64,000 bases of DNA from Natronomonas marina (GTDB lineage Archaea > Halobacteriota > Halobacteria > Halobacteriales > Haloarculaceae), in assembly GCF_024298905.1 (NCBI RefSeq), contig NZ_CP101154.1:3124932-3188931 (forward strand). The letters are read 5' to 3'. Position numbers and translations under genes: made by a program. Every line of letters starts with the position of its first letter. The stretch's first letter is position 1. This document shows, in pieces, positions 9,686 through 19,296 of the stretch. The notes beneath the pieces were generated by a model. That model saw only the letters and a list, made by a program, of their open reading frames with translations. It ran no database searches and was not told the origin of the DNA.

Positions 9686-10702
9686 TCACGCCTCGCTGGC
9701 CGCGAGCAGTCGCTCGTAGACGGCCCACGAGGAATCACCGGACGGCTCGGCGTCGTCGACGCCGTCGACGGCGACGCCCGACCCCGCCTCGACGCGGCCG
9801 GCGACGCCGACCGGCGTGTCGCGCGCCTCGAGCGCCGCGACGACGGCGTCGGTGTCGGCGGGGTCGACCGCGACCACGAGGGTCCCGGAGGTGGTCGCCC
9901 GCCAGGGGTCCATCCCCAGGGCCTCGCAGGCCGCCTCCACGCCGGGCCGGACCGGGACGGCGTCGGCGTCGACCGAGAGGCGGACGCCTGCGCCCTCGGC
10001 CATCTCGTGCAGCGCGCCGAGCAGGCCGCCCTCGGTGGCGTCGTGCATCGCCGTCACCTGTCCCGCGGCGGCGGCCGTCAGGGCGTCCCGGACGGCGGTC
10101 GCCTCCTCGAGGCGGGGCTGTGCCGTCGCGAGGGCCTCCCCCGAGAGCGGCACCTCCTCGGGGAACAGCGTCGACAGCAGGCCGACGGCCTCGACGGCGG
10201 GTCCCTTCGTCACCAGCAGGTCGTCGCCCGGGCGGGCGCCGTCCGGTCGCACGATTTCGTCGGGATTGCCGACCGCTATCCCCGTCGCGGCGCCGACCCA
10301 GGGGAACGACGCCCCGGCGTAGCGGGCGGTGTGGCCCGTCACGACGGCGACGCCCAGTTCGCGGCACTCGGCGTCGACCGCGTCCCACAGGCGCCCGAAC
10401 TCCTCGTCGGTCATCTCGGGCGGCAGCGCAAAGGAGACGGTGAGATGGGTGGGCGGGATTCCCGAGACGGCGACGTCCGCGAGGACGATGTCGATGGCGA
10501 AGCGGCCCGCCCGCTCCCACCCGAGGGCCGGCAGCACCGAGACGGGGTCGGTCGCGATTACGACCGCCCGGTCGCCCACCTCGAGGACGCCGAAGTCGAC
10601 GCCGTGTTTCGGGCCGAGGGCGACGTCGTCGCGGTCGGCGCCCAGTTTCGGCGCGATGCGGTCTTCGAAGAACTGCCGGGAAACCTTCCCGCTGTCGGGC
10701 AT
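9686..10702 (-). CDS. AIR synthase-related (PurM-like) family protein
   Basis: 338 aa containing …VIATDPV…DIVLADVAVSG…VTGHTAR…MHDATEGGLLGALHEMAEGAGVG…, the PurM/HypE/ThiL superfamily architecture. Confidence 0.75.
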   Translation of the reverse strand: MPDSGKVSRQFFEDRIAPKLGADRDDVALGPKHGVDFGVLEVGDRAVVIATDPVSVLPALGWERAGRFAIDIVLADVAVSGIPPTHLTVSFALPPEMTDEEFGRLWDAVDAECRELGVAVVTGHTARYAGASFPWVGAATGIAVGNPDEIVRPDGARPGDDLLVTKGPAVEAVGLLSTLFPEEVPLSGEALATAQPRLEEATAVRDALTAAAAGQVTAMHDATEGGLLGALHEMAEGAGVRLSVDADAVPVRPGVEAACEALGMDPWRATTSGTLVVAVDPADTDAVVAALEARDTPVGVAGRVEAGSGVAVDGVDDAEPSGDSSWAVYERLLAASEA

Positions 10703-10762
10703 GGCCGAACGTCGACCGGCGGGGGCTTGGACGTGTCGGCGCGGTGGCGGCGTCCGACGTGG

Positions 10763-11224
10763 TCAGGCGACGTGGTCCTCTACCTCTATGTCCTCGTCGT
10801 CGAAGCGGACGACGATTCGACGGTTGTCGTCGACAGTGTCGCCGTGCCAGTCCAGGTCGTCCTCGAGCGTCTCACCGCCGCCTGTCTCCACGGACGCCGT
10901 CACCTGCCCCGCCTCGTCGAGCGCGGGGACGTTCTCCCAGATGACCCCCTCACCGTGTGGAACCAGAATCGACAGTTCCAGCGTCGCGTCCTTCCCCGAG
11001 TCGGGAACGAACCGAACGGACAGGGTCCGGTCTTCGTCACCGAGGTTGGTTAACCGGAGGTCCTCGAGCCGGTACCCTGGTGCCGGCGTATCCGCCGGTG
11101 TGTCGGTCCGTTCCGGAGTCTCTGTACTGGTCTGCTCCGTCGGCGTGGAGTCCGATTCGAGGCCAACACAGCCAGCCAGCAGTCCGGTCGCCGCTGTGAG
11201 GATGGTTCGTCTGTCCGGTGTCAT
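10763..11224 (-). CDS. Tat-lipoprotein, hypothetical
   Basis: Start inferred at MTPDRRTILTAATGLLAGC, which gives a twin-arginine motif plus a lipobox (LAGC). This is followed by a Thr/Pro/Glu-rich linker. Confidence 0.55.
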   Translation of the reverse strand: MTPDRRTILTAATGLLAGCVGLESDSTPTEQTSTETPERTDTPADTPAPGYRLEDLRLTNLGDEDRTLSVRFVPDSGKDATLELSILVPHGEGVIWENVPALDEAGQVTASVETGGGETLEDDLDWHGDTVDDNRRIVVRFDDEDIEVEDHVA

Positions 11225-11228
11225 GTTC

Positions 11229-11930
11229 TTAATGATACCCTGCGGTGTGCTCGGCGGACCGCTCAAAAGCACTCTTTTCACAATCGCTGTGTTGATACGT
11301 TTCTCCATCTTTCCATCCCGATTTTGTGTCGCAAGTACCTCGGGAGGCATCATCACCGCCTACGGATAATGGGGTCTCCATATCACCGGTCCAGCCATCT
11401 TGTGTAACAATGCCTAAGTCGTGTTCGGATTGTTCGGTCATATTATCTACATTACTACACAGGTTTGACCTAGATGCACAGTGGCCAAATTCATGAAGAA
11501 CTGTATCAGCTACACCGTCGAGATCTCGATTGCCCTCGTCTGTGGTTGCAACCGCACTGTTATCCGTTTTCCATATGTTGTCTCCACTGTTCGTACCAAG
11601 AGCAACATAATCTGTAGAACAGGTATGAATTAATGCGTGGCAGCCCTGATGAATAAGGTCATTGTTGTTTCGCTCTTCATCCCACTGGGCCACCACAGAG
11701 ATATCTGATCGGCAGTCAGGCGTCCAGTTTCGTATGGACCTTTTTTCTACTGTGTAACCTGAAATATATCCATCGTTGTAGGCAATATCAAATCCGTCGA
11801 TGACCCAATTATATGCGTGACTCAAATAGCCATCTTCCACGTTATCTGTATCGTATACGAAAACCCACGGAGAGTCGTGACCGTATTCATCCCCTTTTTG
11901 CGTTCTATCTAAGTAAATTTCGTATCCCAT
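11229..11930 (-). CDS. Cys-rich zincin-like protein with an HEXXH motif (putative metallopeptidase), hypothetical
   Basis: 233-aa ORF in a low-GC island. It contains VLHEFGHCASRSN (HEFGH) and more than 10 Cys residues, and has no signal peptide. Confidence 0.5.
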   Translation of the reverse strand: MGYEIYLDRTQKGDEYGHDSPWVFVYDTDNVEDGYLSHAYNWVIDGFDIAYNDGYISGYTVEKRSIRNWTPDCRSDISVVAQWDEERNNNDLIHQGCHALIHTCSTDYVALGTNSGDNIWKTDNSAVATTDEGNRDLDGVADTVLHEFGHCASRSNLCSNVDNMTEQSEHDLGIVTQDGWTGDMETPLSVGGDDASRGTCDTKSGWKDGETYQHSDCEKSAFERSAEHTAGYH

Positions 11931-12304
11931 ACTTACTCACCACCCGTAAACGCGTAGACGGTACCCGAGTCAGACGTGACAAATAACGTATTATTAGCGA
12001 TCGCAGGGCCGTGAATACGACCTTCGTCAAGTTGGAGTGAAGCCATTCTTTTACCAGAATTTATGTCAAAGTATTTTATTTTGGAATCCCACTCTGCATT
12101 TTTCCTCCCACTTCCGGCTACAAATGCCGTGTCGCCAGCTATTGCTGGTTTGATATAGTCAGAGTTGAATCTTCTACTCCATATCGTCCTGCCAGTCGTG
12201 GTATTGATCATACTTACGTTCGCGTATCCCCCAAATATGAGTGAGTCACCGGTAACTGCAATTCCGGGGGAGTCCGTTTTTGTACTTTTTTTGCCTCGTT
12301 GAAT

Positions 12305-13412
12305 CACAAGACAGCGTCGGGGTAGGATCGATTATTCGCGGTTTCACGGCGCCAGAGACGGATTCGTGGACTCAGAAGATGCAGTCGTTGTCAGGAGCGG
12401 CGCTCGCTGAAGGGTCACAACTATGGTATCTTGTTCCGTTGATCCAGCGACGACGGCGATGCCTCTCCCGGATACGTCCGGAGAAGGGGAGCAGGCGGCG
12501 AGCCCCTAACTCGCCGCCTGCGTCAGGTTATGCACGATGCACTTCCGAGTCAGCTCCCGGAACTGGCCGTGCCAGCTCCGGGAGCGGAGCTTCTCGCCGT
12601 CGTCCTCCTTCAACTGCGAGAAGCCGGTTTCACTCATCCAGCGCTGGTTGTAGTCATCGTTCATCCGGGCGTTGTGAGCCTTCTGTAACGGTGTCTGCTC
12701 CCTGTGTTTGATCAACGGTCGCGTCGAGTTGGAGCGACACTCCTCCCGGAGGTCGCTCCACGAATAGTTCGCGTCGGCAGACAACACCCGCAGGTCTTCC
12801 GCGTTCCGGCGGAAGACCTGCATCCCGATGTGACCGTCCCACGCCTTCTTCGTCGTGTAGTGAACGTCCTTGATCGCCAGGGAGTTCACGTCGATCAAGA
12901 TGGTCGTCTTCAGCGACTGCAACGAGTAGTTCGCGCGGTCGCGGTAGTGGTAGCTGGTTTGATCGCGCTGGAAGCCACTCGCGTCAATCGCGGCTTCACC
13001 ACTCCAGCCCGCCTGCTCCGCCGACGCGCGGAGCAGGCGGCGGAGTTCCCGCATCCGGTACTGATCTTCCCACCGGCAGAACGAACTGTAGTGCGGTGCT
13101 TCCTTGAGTTCGAACACGCCGAGGACATGTGGCATCTCGTTGAGGTAGTCCTCGGTCTCACGGAGACTCTTCTCCAGTTCGACGCGGAACAGAATCACCG
13201 CGATTTGCACCCACTCGGCGTACCCGTCCGCGCCGTCCGGCGCGGCGGGTACGTCCGGGTCGTCAACGTGCTGTTTGGCAAGGTTTCGACACATCCAGGC
13301 AAGCCGTCTGAGCGATGCCATATCGCCAGACGGCGTCCATTTCCGGGTTAATCTGGCGGAATATCACCGTGAGAACGCCTGAGGATACCCTTAGTCGGCG
13401 GCAAAACAAGGC
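12305..13412 (-). mobile_element. IS5-family ISH insertion sequence (about 1.1 kb)
   Basis: A GC-rich 1.1-kb block sits inside AT-rich host DNA and encodes one DDE transposase. The ends are approximate, judged from where the composition switches. There is weak terminal similarity (…ttcacgg… / …tctcacgg…). I could not define a target-site duplication. Confidence 0.6.
12506..13321 (-). CDS. IS5/IS4-superfamily DDE transposase
   Basis: 271 aa. The C-terminus, …YNQRWMSETGFSQLKEDDGEKLRSRSW…, resembles the IS5 C-terminal RWxVE…F..LK..R.L signature, and the size fits IS5-family transposases. Confidence 0.75.
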   Translation of the reverse strand: MASLRRLAWMCRNLAKQHVDDPDVPAAPDGADGYAEWVQIAVILFRVELEKSLRETEDYLNEMPHVLGVFELKEAPHYSSFCRWEDQYRMRELRRLLRASAEQAGWSGEAAIDASGFQRDQTSYHYRDRANYSLQSLKTTILIDVNSLAIKDVHYTTKKAWDGHIGMQVFRRNAEDLRVLSADANYSWSDLREECRSNSTRPLIKHREQTPLQKAHNARMNDDYNQRWMSETGFSQLKEDDGEKLRSRSWHGQFRELTRKCIVHNLTQAAS

Positions 13413-14586
13413 AACTTTTTTCCCATATCTTTGACCCAGTCTCGGGATCTACGCCACAGAGTCGTCCAACCGCACCCACTATAATTACGCCTTCAGAGAT
13501 TGCCACCTCTTTAATATCGGTTGGTAAAGAAAAGGTCCAATTTTCACGACCGTTTGATAGTTGTAGCGAGTGCACCGTTCCTCGCCGGTGACAGTTGTCT
13601 TCGGAAACACCTTTTGTAGCAACGAAAACGGAATTTGAATCAGAAACAACTTTTTGAGGCGTATTTCGCTTTCCTACATTAAATTTCCATTCGGCATTTG
13701 GTTCGCCACGTTTAATCGCTCCGACGCCAGTTCTATCAGAGAATATTATTTGATCATTGGTTGATATACAATCAAAAAAGGCCCCCCAAACTGTTCGTGA
13801 TCTCTCTGCTACCCTCCGTAGATCCAGACTCTGAAGATTTTCTTTCTAACTTCCCTTTAAATGGCAGAATAACAGAGCCGTTTTTAAACACAGGTGATGA
13901 ATATGTGTAACTGTCTGAATCATACTCCCACTGTTTCTTTCCAGTTTTTATATTAACTGAAATGATCTCCAAATTGGGCCTTTTGACGCCTGTTATAATC
14001 CTGTTGTTACCAATTATTGGCGAGATCGCATCACCGCTTGGAATTTTTGTGGACCACTTTTTTGTTATACTACTCGGTGAAGGAGCTTGTTCTGACGCAA
14101 CACGGCTCGTCCCTCCAGGGTTGGCGTTTCGCATTGGCCAATCACCTTTCCGTTGAGAGCTAGTCGTTGCCTCAACGTTGCTGGTTCTGCAAAGAACAGC
14201 ACCTGTTGTGCTACTCAGGGCTGCCGTGCCCAACACTTTTCTTCTTGATATGTATTGTCGGCTCACACCTAACATTACTATAAATTTACTTAGTATTTAT
14301 TCTTTACTATCTAAAATATAGTTATTATTCTCTCTGAGAATTGATTATGATTACTGCAATAAATTATAATCTCATACGTAGAAACCAGCACTGCTATAGT
14401 AGAATCTGGAAGTCTTTGCAGGGCAACCAGCCGAAAACCGGCGTTTCCTGTCCGCCCTCAGAGATTCAGAGAGGAGTGTGAGTAGATACTTCTGGAGATT
14501 ACTATAGTTCGTCCGTGCCGACTGCAGACGGTTCGACGCCGCAAACGGGGGATATTGCTTTATGTGTCGGTATTCTATCCTCTCCC

Positions 14587-15642
14587 ATGACACGGAACGA
14601 CGAGGGTGGGTCCCTGGAGGACATCCCGGGGGTCGGTGGGGAGGTCGTCGACGGCGGCGCGGCGGCCGGCGCCGGTGACGTCGACGACGTCACGATACTC
14701 TTCGTCGACGACGAGCGACAGCTCCTGTCGGTGCTGGCCTCGAACCTCGAGGAGGACGTCGAGGACCTGGAGATCGTCACGGCCAGCAACGCGACCGAGG
14801 CGATAGACCGCCTCGAACAGCTCGACGTCGACTGCGTCGTCAGCGACTACAAGATGCCCGGCACCGACGGGCTCGACCTCCTCGAGCGGTGCCGCGACAT
14901 CGACCCCAACATGCCCTTCATCCTCTTCACCTCGAAGGGCTCCGAGGAGATAGCGAGCAAGGCGATAAACGCAGACGTCACCGACTACCTCCAGAAGGAC
15001 CTCAGCGGCGAACAGCTGGCGCTGCTGTCGAACCGCATCGAGAACGCGGTCACAGAGCGGCGGGCCCGCGAGGCCGTCGAGGACGCCCTCCAGCACCTCC
15101 AGCGCATCCACGACCGGGTCTCGGACGCCTACCTCGGCCTCGACGACTCCTTCCACATCACCTACCTCGACGAGGACGCCGCGGTGCTGCTGCAGGACGG
15201 CCGCGAGCAACTGCTCGGCGAGCGGCTCTGGGACGTCCTCCCGGGGGCGGTCGACTCCCCGCTGCAGACCGAGTTCGAGCGGGCGCTGACCGCCGACACC
15301 AGCGTCGAGTTGGAGACCTACTACGAGCCGTTCGAGGCGTGGTTCGACGTCCGGGCGTTCCCCGCCGACGGCGGCCTCTCGGTGTACTTCCGGGACGTCA
15401 CCGAGCGGAAACGGCTCGAAGAGGCCGTCGAGGCCCGCGAAAGCGACCTCGAGGACGTCGTCGACGCCCTAGAGGAGATGGGCGAACACTCCGAGATGCT
15501 GCTGGAGCTGGCCGAGGAGGTCGGCGAGGCGTACGACGGCGACGACGAGGCCGACGAGGAACTCGTCGCCGGCGTGCGGAAACTGCTCGGCGGCATCGGC
15601 TCGCTGCAGTCGATGGCCGCCCCGCACGACGACGGGGCGTAG
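14587..15642 (+). CDS. Response regulator: CheY-like receiver domain plus a PAS domain
   Basis: Start inferred at MTRNDEGGS. The receiver motifs are present (ILFVDDE…DCVVSDYKMPGTDGLDL…ILFTSKG), followed by a PAS-like region and an acidic tail. Confidence 0.8.
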   Translation: MTRNDEGGSLEDIPGVGGEVVDGGAAAGAGDVDDVTILFVDDERQLLSVLASNLEEDVEDLEIVTASNATEAIDRLEQLDVDCVVSDYKMPGTDGLDLLERCRDIDPNMPFILFTSKGSEEIASKAINADVTDYLQKDLSGEQLALLSNRIENAVTERRAREAVEDALQHLQRIHDRVSDAYLGLDDSFHITYLDEDAAVLLQDGREQLLGERLWDVLPGAVDSPLQTEFERALTADTSVELETYYEPFEAWFDVRAFPADGGLSVYFRDVTERKRLEEAVEARESDLEDVVDALEEMGEHSEMLLELAEEVGEAYDGDDEADEELVAGVRKLLGGIGSLQSMAAPHDDGA

Positions 15643-15651
15643 CCCCGCCGC

Positions 15652-16470
15652 TCACCTCCCGAAGGGCCGCCAGTCCAGCCCCTCGACGGCGACGAACTCG
15701 GCGGCGTTGACGACGTAGTGGGCGACGACGACGACGAGCAGGCTGTTCGTGACGACGAACGCGACGGCCAGCGCCAGCCCCAGCAGGCCGGTGACGAGGA
15801 CGCCCAGCCGTCCCTGTGCGCCGTGGCCGGCCGCGAAGGCGACCGACGACAGGACCGCCAGCGGCCACGGCGAGACGTCGAAGCCGGCGGCGAACCCGCC
15901 GACGAGCGCCGCCCGGAAGAGCAGTTCCTCGAAGCCGGCGATGACGGGCAACACGACGCCCAGCAGGACGACCCAGCCGCCGGCCGACTCGGGCGCGAGC
16001 AGTTCCCGGAGTTCGCGGCTCGGGTCGGTCCCGAGGGCGTCGGCCAGCCCCGCGGCGACGGCGTTGGCGAGCGAGATGGCGACCCCGACGCCGAGGCCGA
16101 CGGCGACCGCGAGCAGGCCGGTGCTCGCCGGGGCGTCCGTGACGCCGAGCGCCGACGCCGGGACCCCGGTCAGCCAGATGCCGCCGACCAGGAGTACGGC
16201 GAAGAGTCCGTGGGAGACGGCGACGTTGGCGAGCAACGCCGCCGTCGTCGGTGCCGGCGGCGACGACTCCAGCGTGGCCGCCGCCGGCGAGTCGTGGTCC
16301 GGCGCGGTCGCCGTCGTGGCGTCGAGGTGATCGGCGCCGTCGTCGAGGCGGTCCAGTCGCCGGCGCTCCCCGTGGTGGGGACCGACGAGCGACTGTGAGG
16401 CGCGGGCGAGAACGAGAAGCAACGACAGCACGGCGAGGGTGATGCCGGCGAAGGCGGCCCACCGGGTCAC
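15652..16470 (-). CDS. CPBP-family (CAAX/Abi) intramembrane metalloprotease
   Basis: 272 aa with multiple TM helices and the EELLFR…FAAGH…HYVVN motifs. It lies 4 nt downstream of lonB on the same strand. Confidence 0.8.
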   Translation of the reverse strand: MTRWAAFAGITLAVLSLLLVLARASQSLVGPHHGERRRLDRLDDGADHLDATTATAPDHDSPAAATLESSPPAPTTAALLANVAVSHGLFAVLLVGGIWLTGVPASALGVTDAPASTGLLAVAVGLGVGVAISLANAVAAGLADALGTDPSRELRELLAPESAGGWVVLLGVVLPVIAGFEELLFRAALVGGFAAGFDVSPWPLAVLSSVAFAAGHGAQGRLGVLVTGLLGLALAVAFVVTNSLLVVVVAHYVVNAAEFVAVEGLDWRPFGR

Positions 16471-16474
16471 CGCG

Positions 16475-18583
16475 CTACTGCGGCGAGGGGCTGCCGGTGC
16501 CGCCGACCTCGCGCTGTTCGAGCGCGGAGCCGGTGATGTTCTTCAGGCGGTCGATCAGCGAGTCCTTCTCGGGCTCGCCGGCCAGCGCCACGTCGAGCAC
16601 CTCGGAGATGTGCGAGACCGGGACGATCTCGATCTGCTCTTCGTACTCGTCCTCTATCATCACGTCCTGTTCGTTGGCCTTCGGGATGATGACCGTCTCG
16701 AGACCGGCCTTGGCGGCGGCCTCGATCTTGTGGGTGACGCCGCCGACGGGCAGGACGTCGCCGCGGACCGACAGCGAACCGGTCATCGCCAGGTCCTGCC
16801 GGACGGGGACGTCCTCCAGCGCCGAGATGACGGCGGCGGCGACCGTAATCGACGCGGAGTCGCCGTCGACGCCGCCCTCGCCGGCCTGGACGAACTGGAT
16901 GTGAACGTCCTTCTGGGAGATGTCCTCGTCGGAGAACTTCTTGATGATGGCGGAGACGTTCTGGACGGCCTCCTGTGCCATCTCCTTGAGCTGGCCGGTG
17001 GCGATGACCTCGCCGGGACCCTGGCTCGGGGTCACCTCGGCCATGACGGGCAGGACGATACCGGAGTCCTCGCCCATGACGGCCAGGCCGTTGACGCGGC
17101 CGACGACGTCGCCCTCGTTGACGGTCAGCTCGTAGTCCTTGCGGCGCTCGATGTAGTCGTCGGCCAGCTGCTGCTCGATGGAGCGCGAGCGGGCCTTCGC
17201 CTGCAGGACGTCGTCCCGCGTCGTGTAGTCGCGGTCCTCGGCGCGAGCGATGTCGCCCGCCACGCGGATGAGCCCGCCGAGGTCGCGGAACTTCAGCGAG
17301 AGGTGCTGCTTGCGGCCGGCGCGACGGCGCGCCTCGAGGATGATCTCCTCGATGGCCTCGTCGGTGAACGGCGGCAGGCGGCCGTCGTTGGAGACCTCTT
17401 GCGCGACGAAGCGGGCGTACTTGCGACGCATCTCGGGGCTGTCCTCGATGGTGTCGTCCATGTACACCTCGTAGCCGTACCCCTTGATGCGCGACCGCAG
17501 CGCGGGGTGCATGTTCTCCATGGCGTCGAGGTTCCCCGCTGCGACCATGATGAAGTCCGTCGGGACGGGTTCGGTCTGGACCATCGCCCCCGAGGAGCGC
17601 TCGCTCTGGCCGGTGATGGCGAACTCGCCCTCCTGGATGGCCGTCATCAGCTTCTGCTGGCTGCGGATGTCGAGCGTGTTGATCTCGTCGACGAACAGCA
17701 CGCCCTTGTTGGCCTTGTGGATGCCCCCGGCCTCGACGCGGTCGTGGCTGGGCGTCTCCATGCCCCCGGACTGGAAGGGGTCGTGGCGGACGTCGCCCAG
17801 CAGTGCGCCGGCGTGGGCGCCAGTGGCGTCCTCGAACGGTGCGACCTGCTGGTCGGCGTTGTTGACCAGCAGGTTCGGCACCATCGCATCGCTGCCCCGG
17901 CTCATGTACTTGAACGCCACGTAGATGACGCCGGCCGCGATGAGGCCCAGAAGAAGGGCTTCGGCGATGATGATGGCGTAGCCGAACACGACGAGGATGA
18001 TGATCCACATCAGGAACGACTTCATCTGGTTCCGCTTGCGGGCCTCCTCCTTGTGGGCCTCGACGATCTGTTCGCCCTTGCCCGCCGGCACGGTCCGGAC
18101 CTTCGGCTCGTTGCCGTCGTCCGGGTTGTGGTAGACGAGCACGTCCTGCAGCTCCTCCTTGGGGAGCAGCTGGCTCATCGCCTTCGCAAGCATCGACTTC
18201 CCGGTCCCCGGGGAGCCGATCATCATGACGTGGCGGCGCTGCTTTGCCGCCTTCAGCACGATGTCGCGGGCGTGATCCTGCCCGATGACCTGGTCGACCA
18301 GCCGGTCGGGAACCTTGATCTCCTCGCTGGAGCCGATCTGGAGCCCGCCGAGGAGGCCGTCCTCCTCGTCTTCGTCTATCTCTACCTCGGCGTCGACGTG
18401 TACGTCGCTTCCGAGGTCGGAGCCGTCCAGCAACTCCTCGTCGTCGCCCAACTGCTCGTCGGCTCCCCTCTCGGTTGGAGTCGGCCGCTCGTCGGGGTCG
18501 GACTCCCCGGAGTCCGGCCGTGGCTCCTCCGTCGGGTCTCGACGCCCGTCGGCGTCGGCGTCTGATTCCTTTTCGTTGCTCAT
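16475..18583 (-). CDS. lonB: Archaeal membrane-bound Lon protease LonB
   Basis: Contains …VIGQDHARDIVLKAAKQRRHVMMIGSPGTGKSMLAKAM…, two TM helices inserted in the AAA+ module, and a C-terminal Lon protease domain (…DGDSASITVAAAVISAL…). Start taken at MSNEKES (ATG at 18583), with an acidic N-terminal extension. Confidence 0.92.
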   Translation of the reverse strand: MSNEKESDADADGRRDPTEEPRPDSGESDPDERPTPTERGADEQLGDDEELLDGSDLGSDVHVDAEVEIDEDEEDGLLGGLQIGSSEEIKVPDRLVDQVIGQDHARDIVLKAAKQRRHVMMIGSPGTGKSMLAKAMSQLLPKEELQDVLVYHNPDDGNEPKVRTVPAGKGEQIVEAHKEEARKRNQMKSFLMWIIILVVFGYAIIIAEALLLGLIAAGVIYVAFKYMSRGSDAMVPNLLVNNADQQVAPFEDATGAHAGALLGDVRHDPFQSGGMETPSHDRVEAGGIHKANKGVLFVDEINTLDIRSQQKLMTAIQEGEFAITGQSERSSGAMVQTEPVPTDFIMVAAGNLDAMENMHPALRSRIKGYGYEVYMDDTIEDSPEMRRKYARFVAQEVSNDGRLPPFTDEAIEEIILEARRRAGRKQHLSLKFRDLGGLIRVAGDIARAEDRDYTTRDDVLQAKARSRSIEQQLADDYIERRKDYELTVNEGDVVGRVNGLAVMGEDSGIVLPVMAEVTPSQGPGEVIATGQLKEMAQEAVQNVSAIIKKFSDEDISQKDVHIQFVQAGEGGVDGDSASITVAAAVISALEDVPVRQDLAMTGSLSVRGDVLPVGGVTHKIEAAAKAGLETVIIPKANEQDVMIEDEYEEQIEIVPVSHISEVLDVALAGEPEKDSLIDRLKNITGSALEQREVGGTGSPSPQ

Positions 18584-18753
18584 AGAACCGTTGCTATACT
18601 CGAAGATGAAGGGATGTCGATTGATATACTTTCTCCCCAAAGCAAGGTTCGACACCGGTAAAAAACGCAGGAGAGCACCGGCTTCGTCTTCGGCGCCGGT
18701 CCCGCGATTGCCCGACTCGTCGGGTTTATAAAATCGCGCGCCGACCGCCCGGT

Positions 18754-19296
18754 ATGACCCGCGGCTTCTACATCGGCCGCTTCCAGCCCTTCCATCAGGG
18801 CCACTACGCGATGGTCGAGCGGATAAGCCAGGAGGTCGACGAACTCGTCGTCGGCATCGGCAGCGCCGACCAGTCCCACACCGTCCGTAACCCCTTCACG
18901 GCCGGCGAGCGCATCATGATGATAACGAAGGCGCTCGTCGACCTGGACGTCGTGACCTACGCCGTCCCCATCGAGGACCTCAACCGCAACTCGGTGTGGG
19001 TGAGTCACGTCCAGTCGATGAGTCCCCGGTTCGACGTGGCGTTCTCCAACAACCCGCTGGTCGTCCGTCTCTTCGAGGAGGCCGGCATCGAGGTGCGCCA
19101 GTCGCCGATGTACCACCGCGAGGAGTTCGAGGGCGCCGAAGTCCGCGAGCGCATGGCCGCCGAGGGCGACTGGGAGTCGCTGGTCCCGACCGCCGTCGTC
19201 GAGGTCATCGACGAGATAGACGGCGTCGACCGCCTCCGGCAGATAAGCGCCAGCGACGCCAACGGAGAAGGGAACGGCGACCCCTCCGCCGACTGA
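18754..19296 (+). CDS. nadM: Nicotinamide-nucleotide adenylyltransferase (archaeal NMNAT)
   Basis: MTRGFYIGRFQPFHQGHYAMV… carries the (H/T)xGH nucleotidyltransferase motif and the archaeal NMNAT signature. 180 aa. Confidence 0.9.
   Translation: MTRGFYIGRFQPFHQGHYAMVERISQEVDELVVGIGSADQSHTVRNPFTAGERIMMITKALVDLDVVTYAVPIEDLNRNSVWVSHVQSMSPRFDVAFSNNPLVVRLFEEAGIEVRQSPMYHREEFEGAEVRERMAAEGDWESLVPTAVVEVIDEIDGVDRLRQISASDANGEGNGDPSAD

Larger units (their letters stand above)
11933..14275 (-). pseudogene. PQQ-repeat beta-propeller (BamB-like) secreted protein gene, disrupted by an IS insertion and a frameshift
   Basis: Three fragments on the same strand are homologous to consecutive parts of a PQQ-repeat protein. 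They are 13772-14275 (N-terminus with RRKVLGTAAL signal), 13348-13575 (middle: NWTFSLP…IIVGAVGRLCGVDPETGSKIWE) and 11933-12307 (C-terminus: …LFVTSDSGTVYAFTGGE). They are separated by the IS element and by a roughly 200-bp out-of-frame stretch. Confidence 0.65.

Noticed and set aside
16439-18565. 708-aa and 513-aa ORFs antisense to or overlapping lonB
   Set aside because: Low-complexity composition. LonB motifs are unambiguous on the minus strand.
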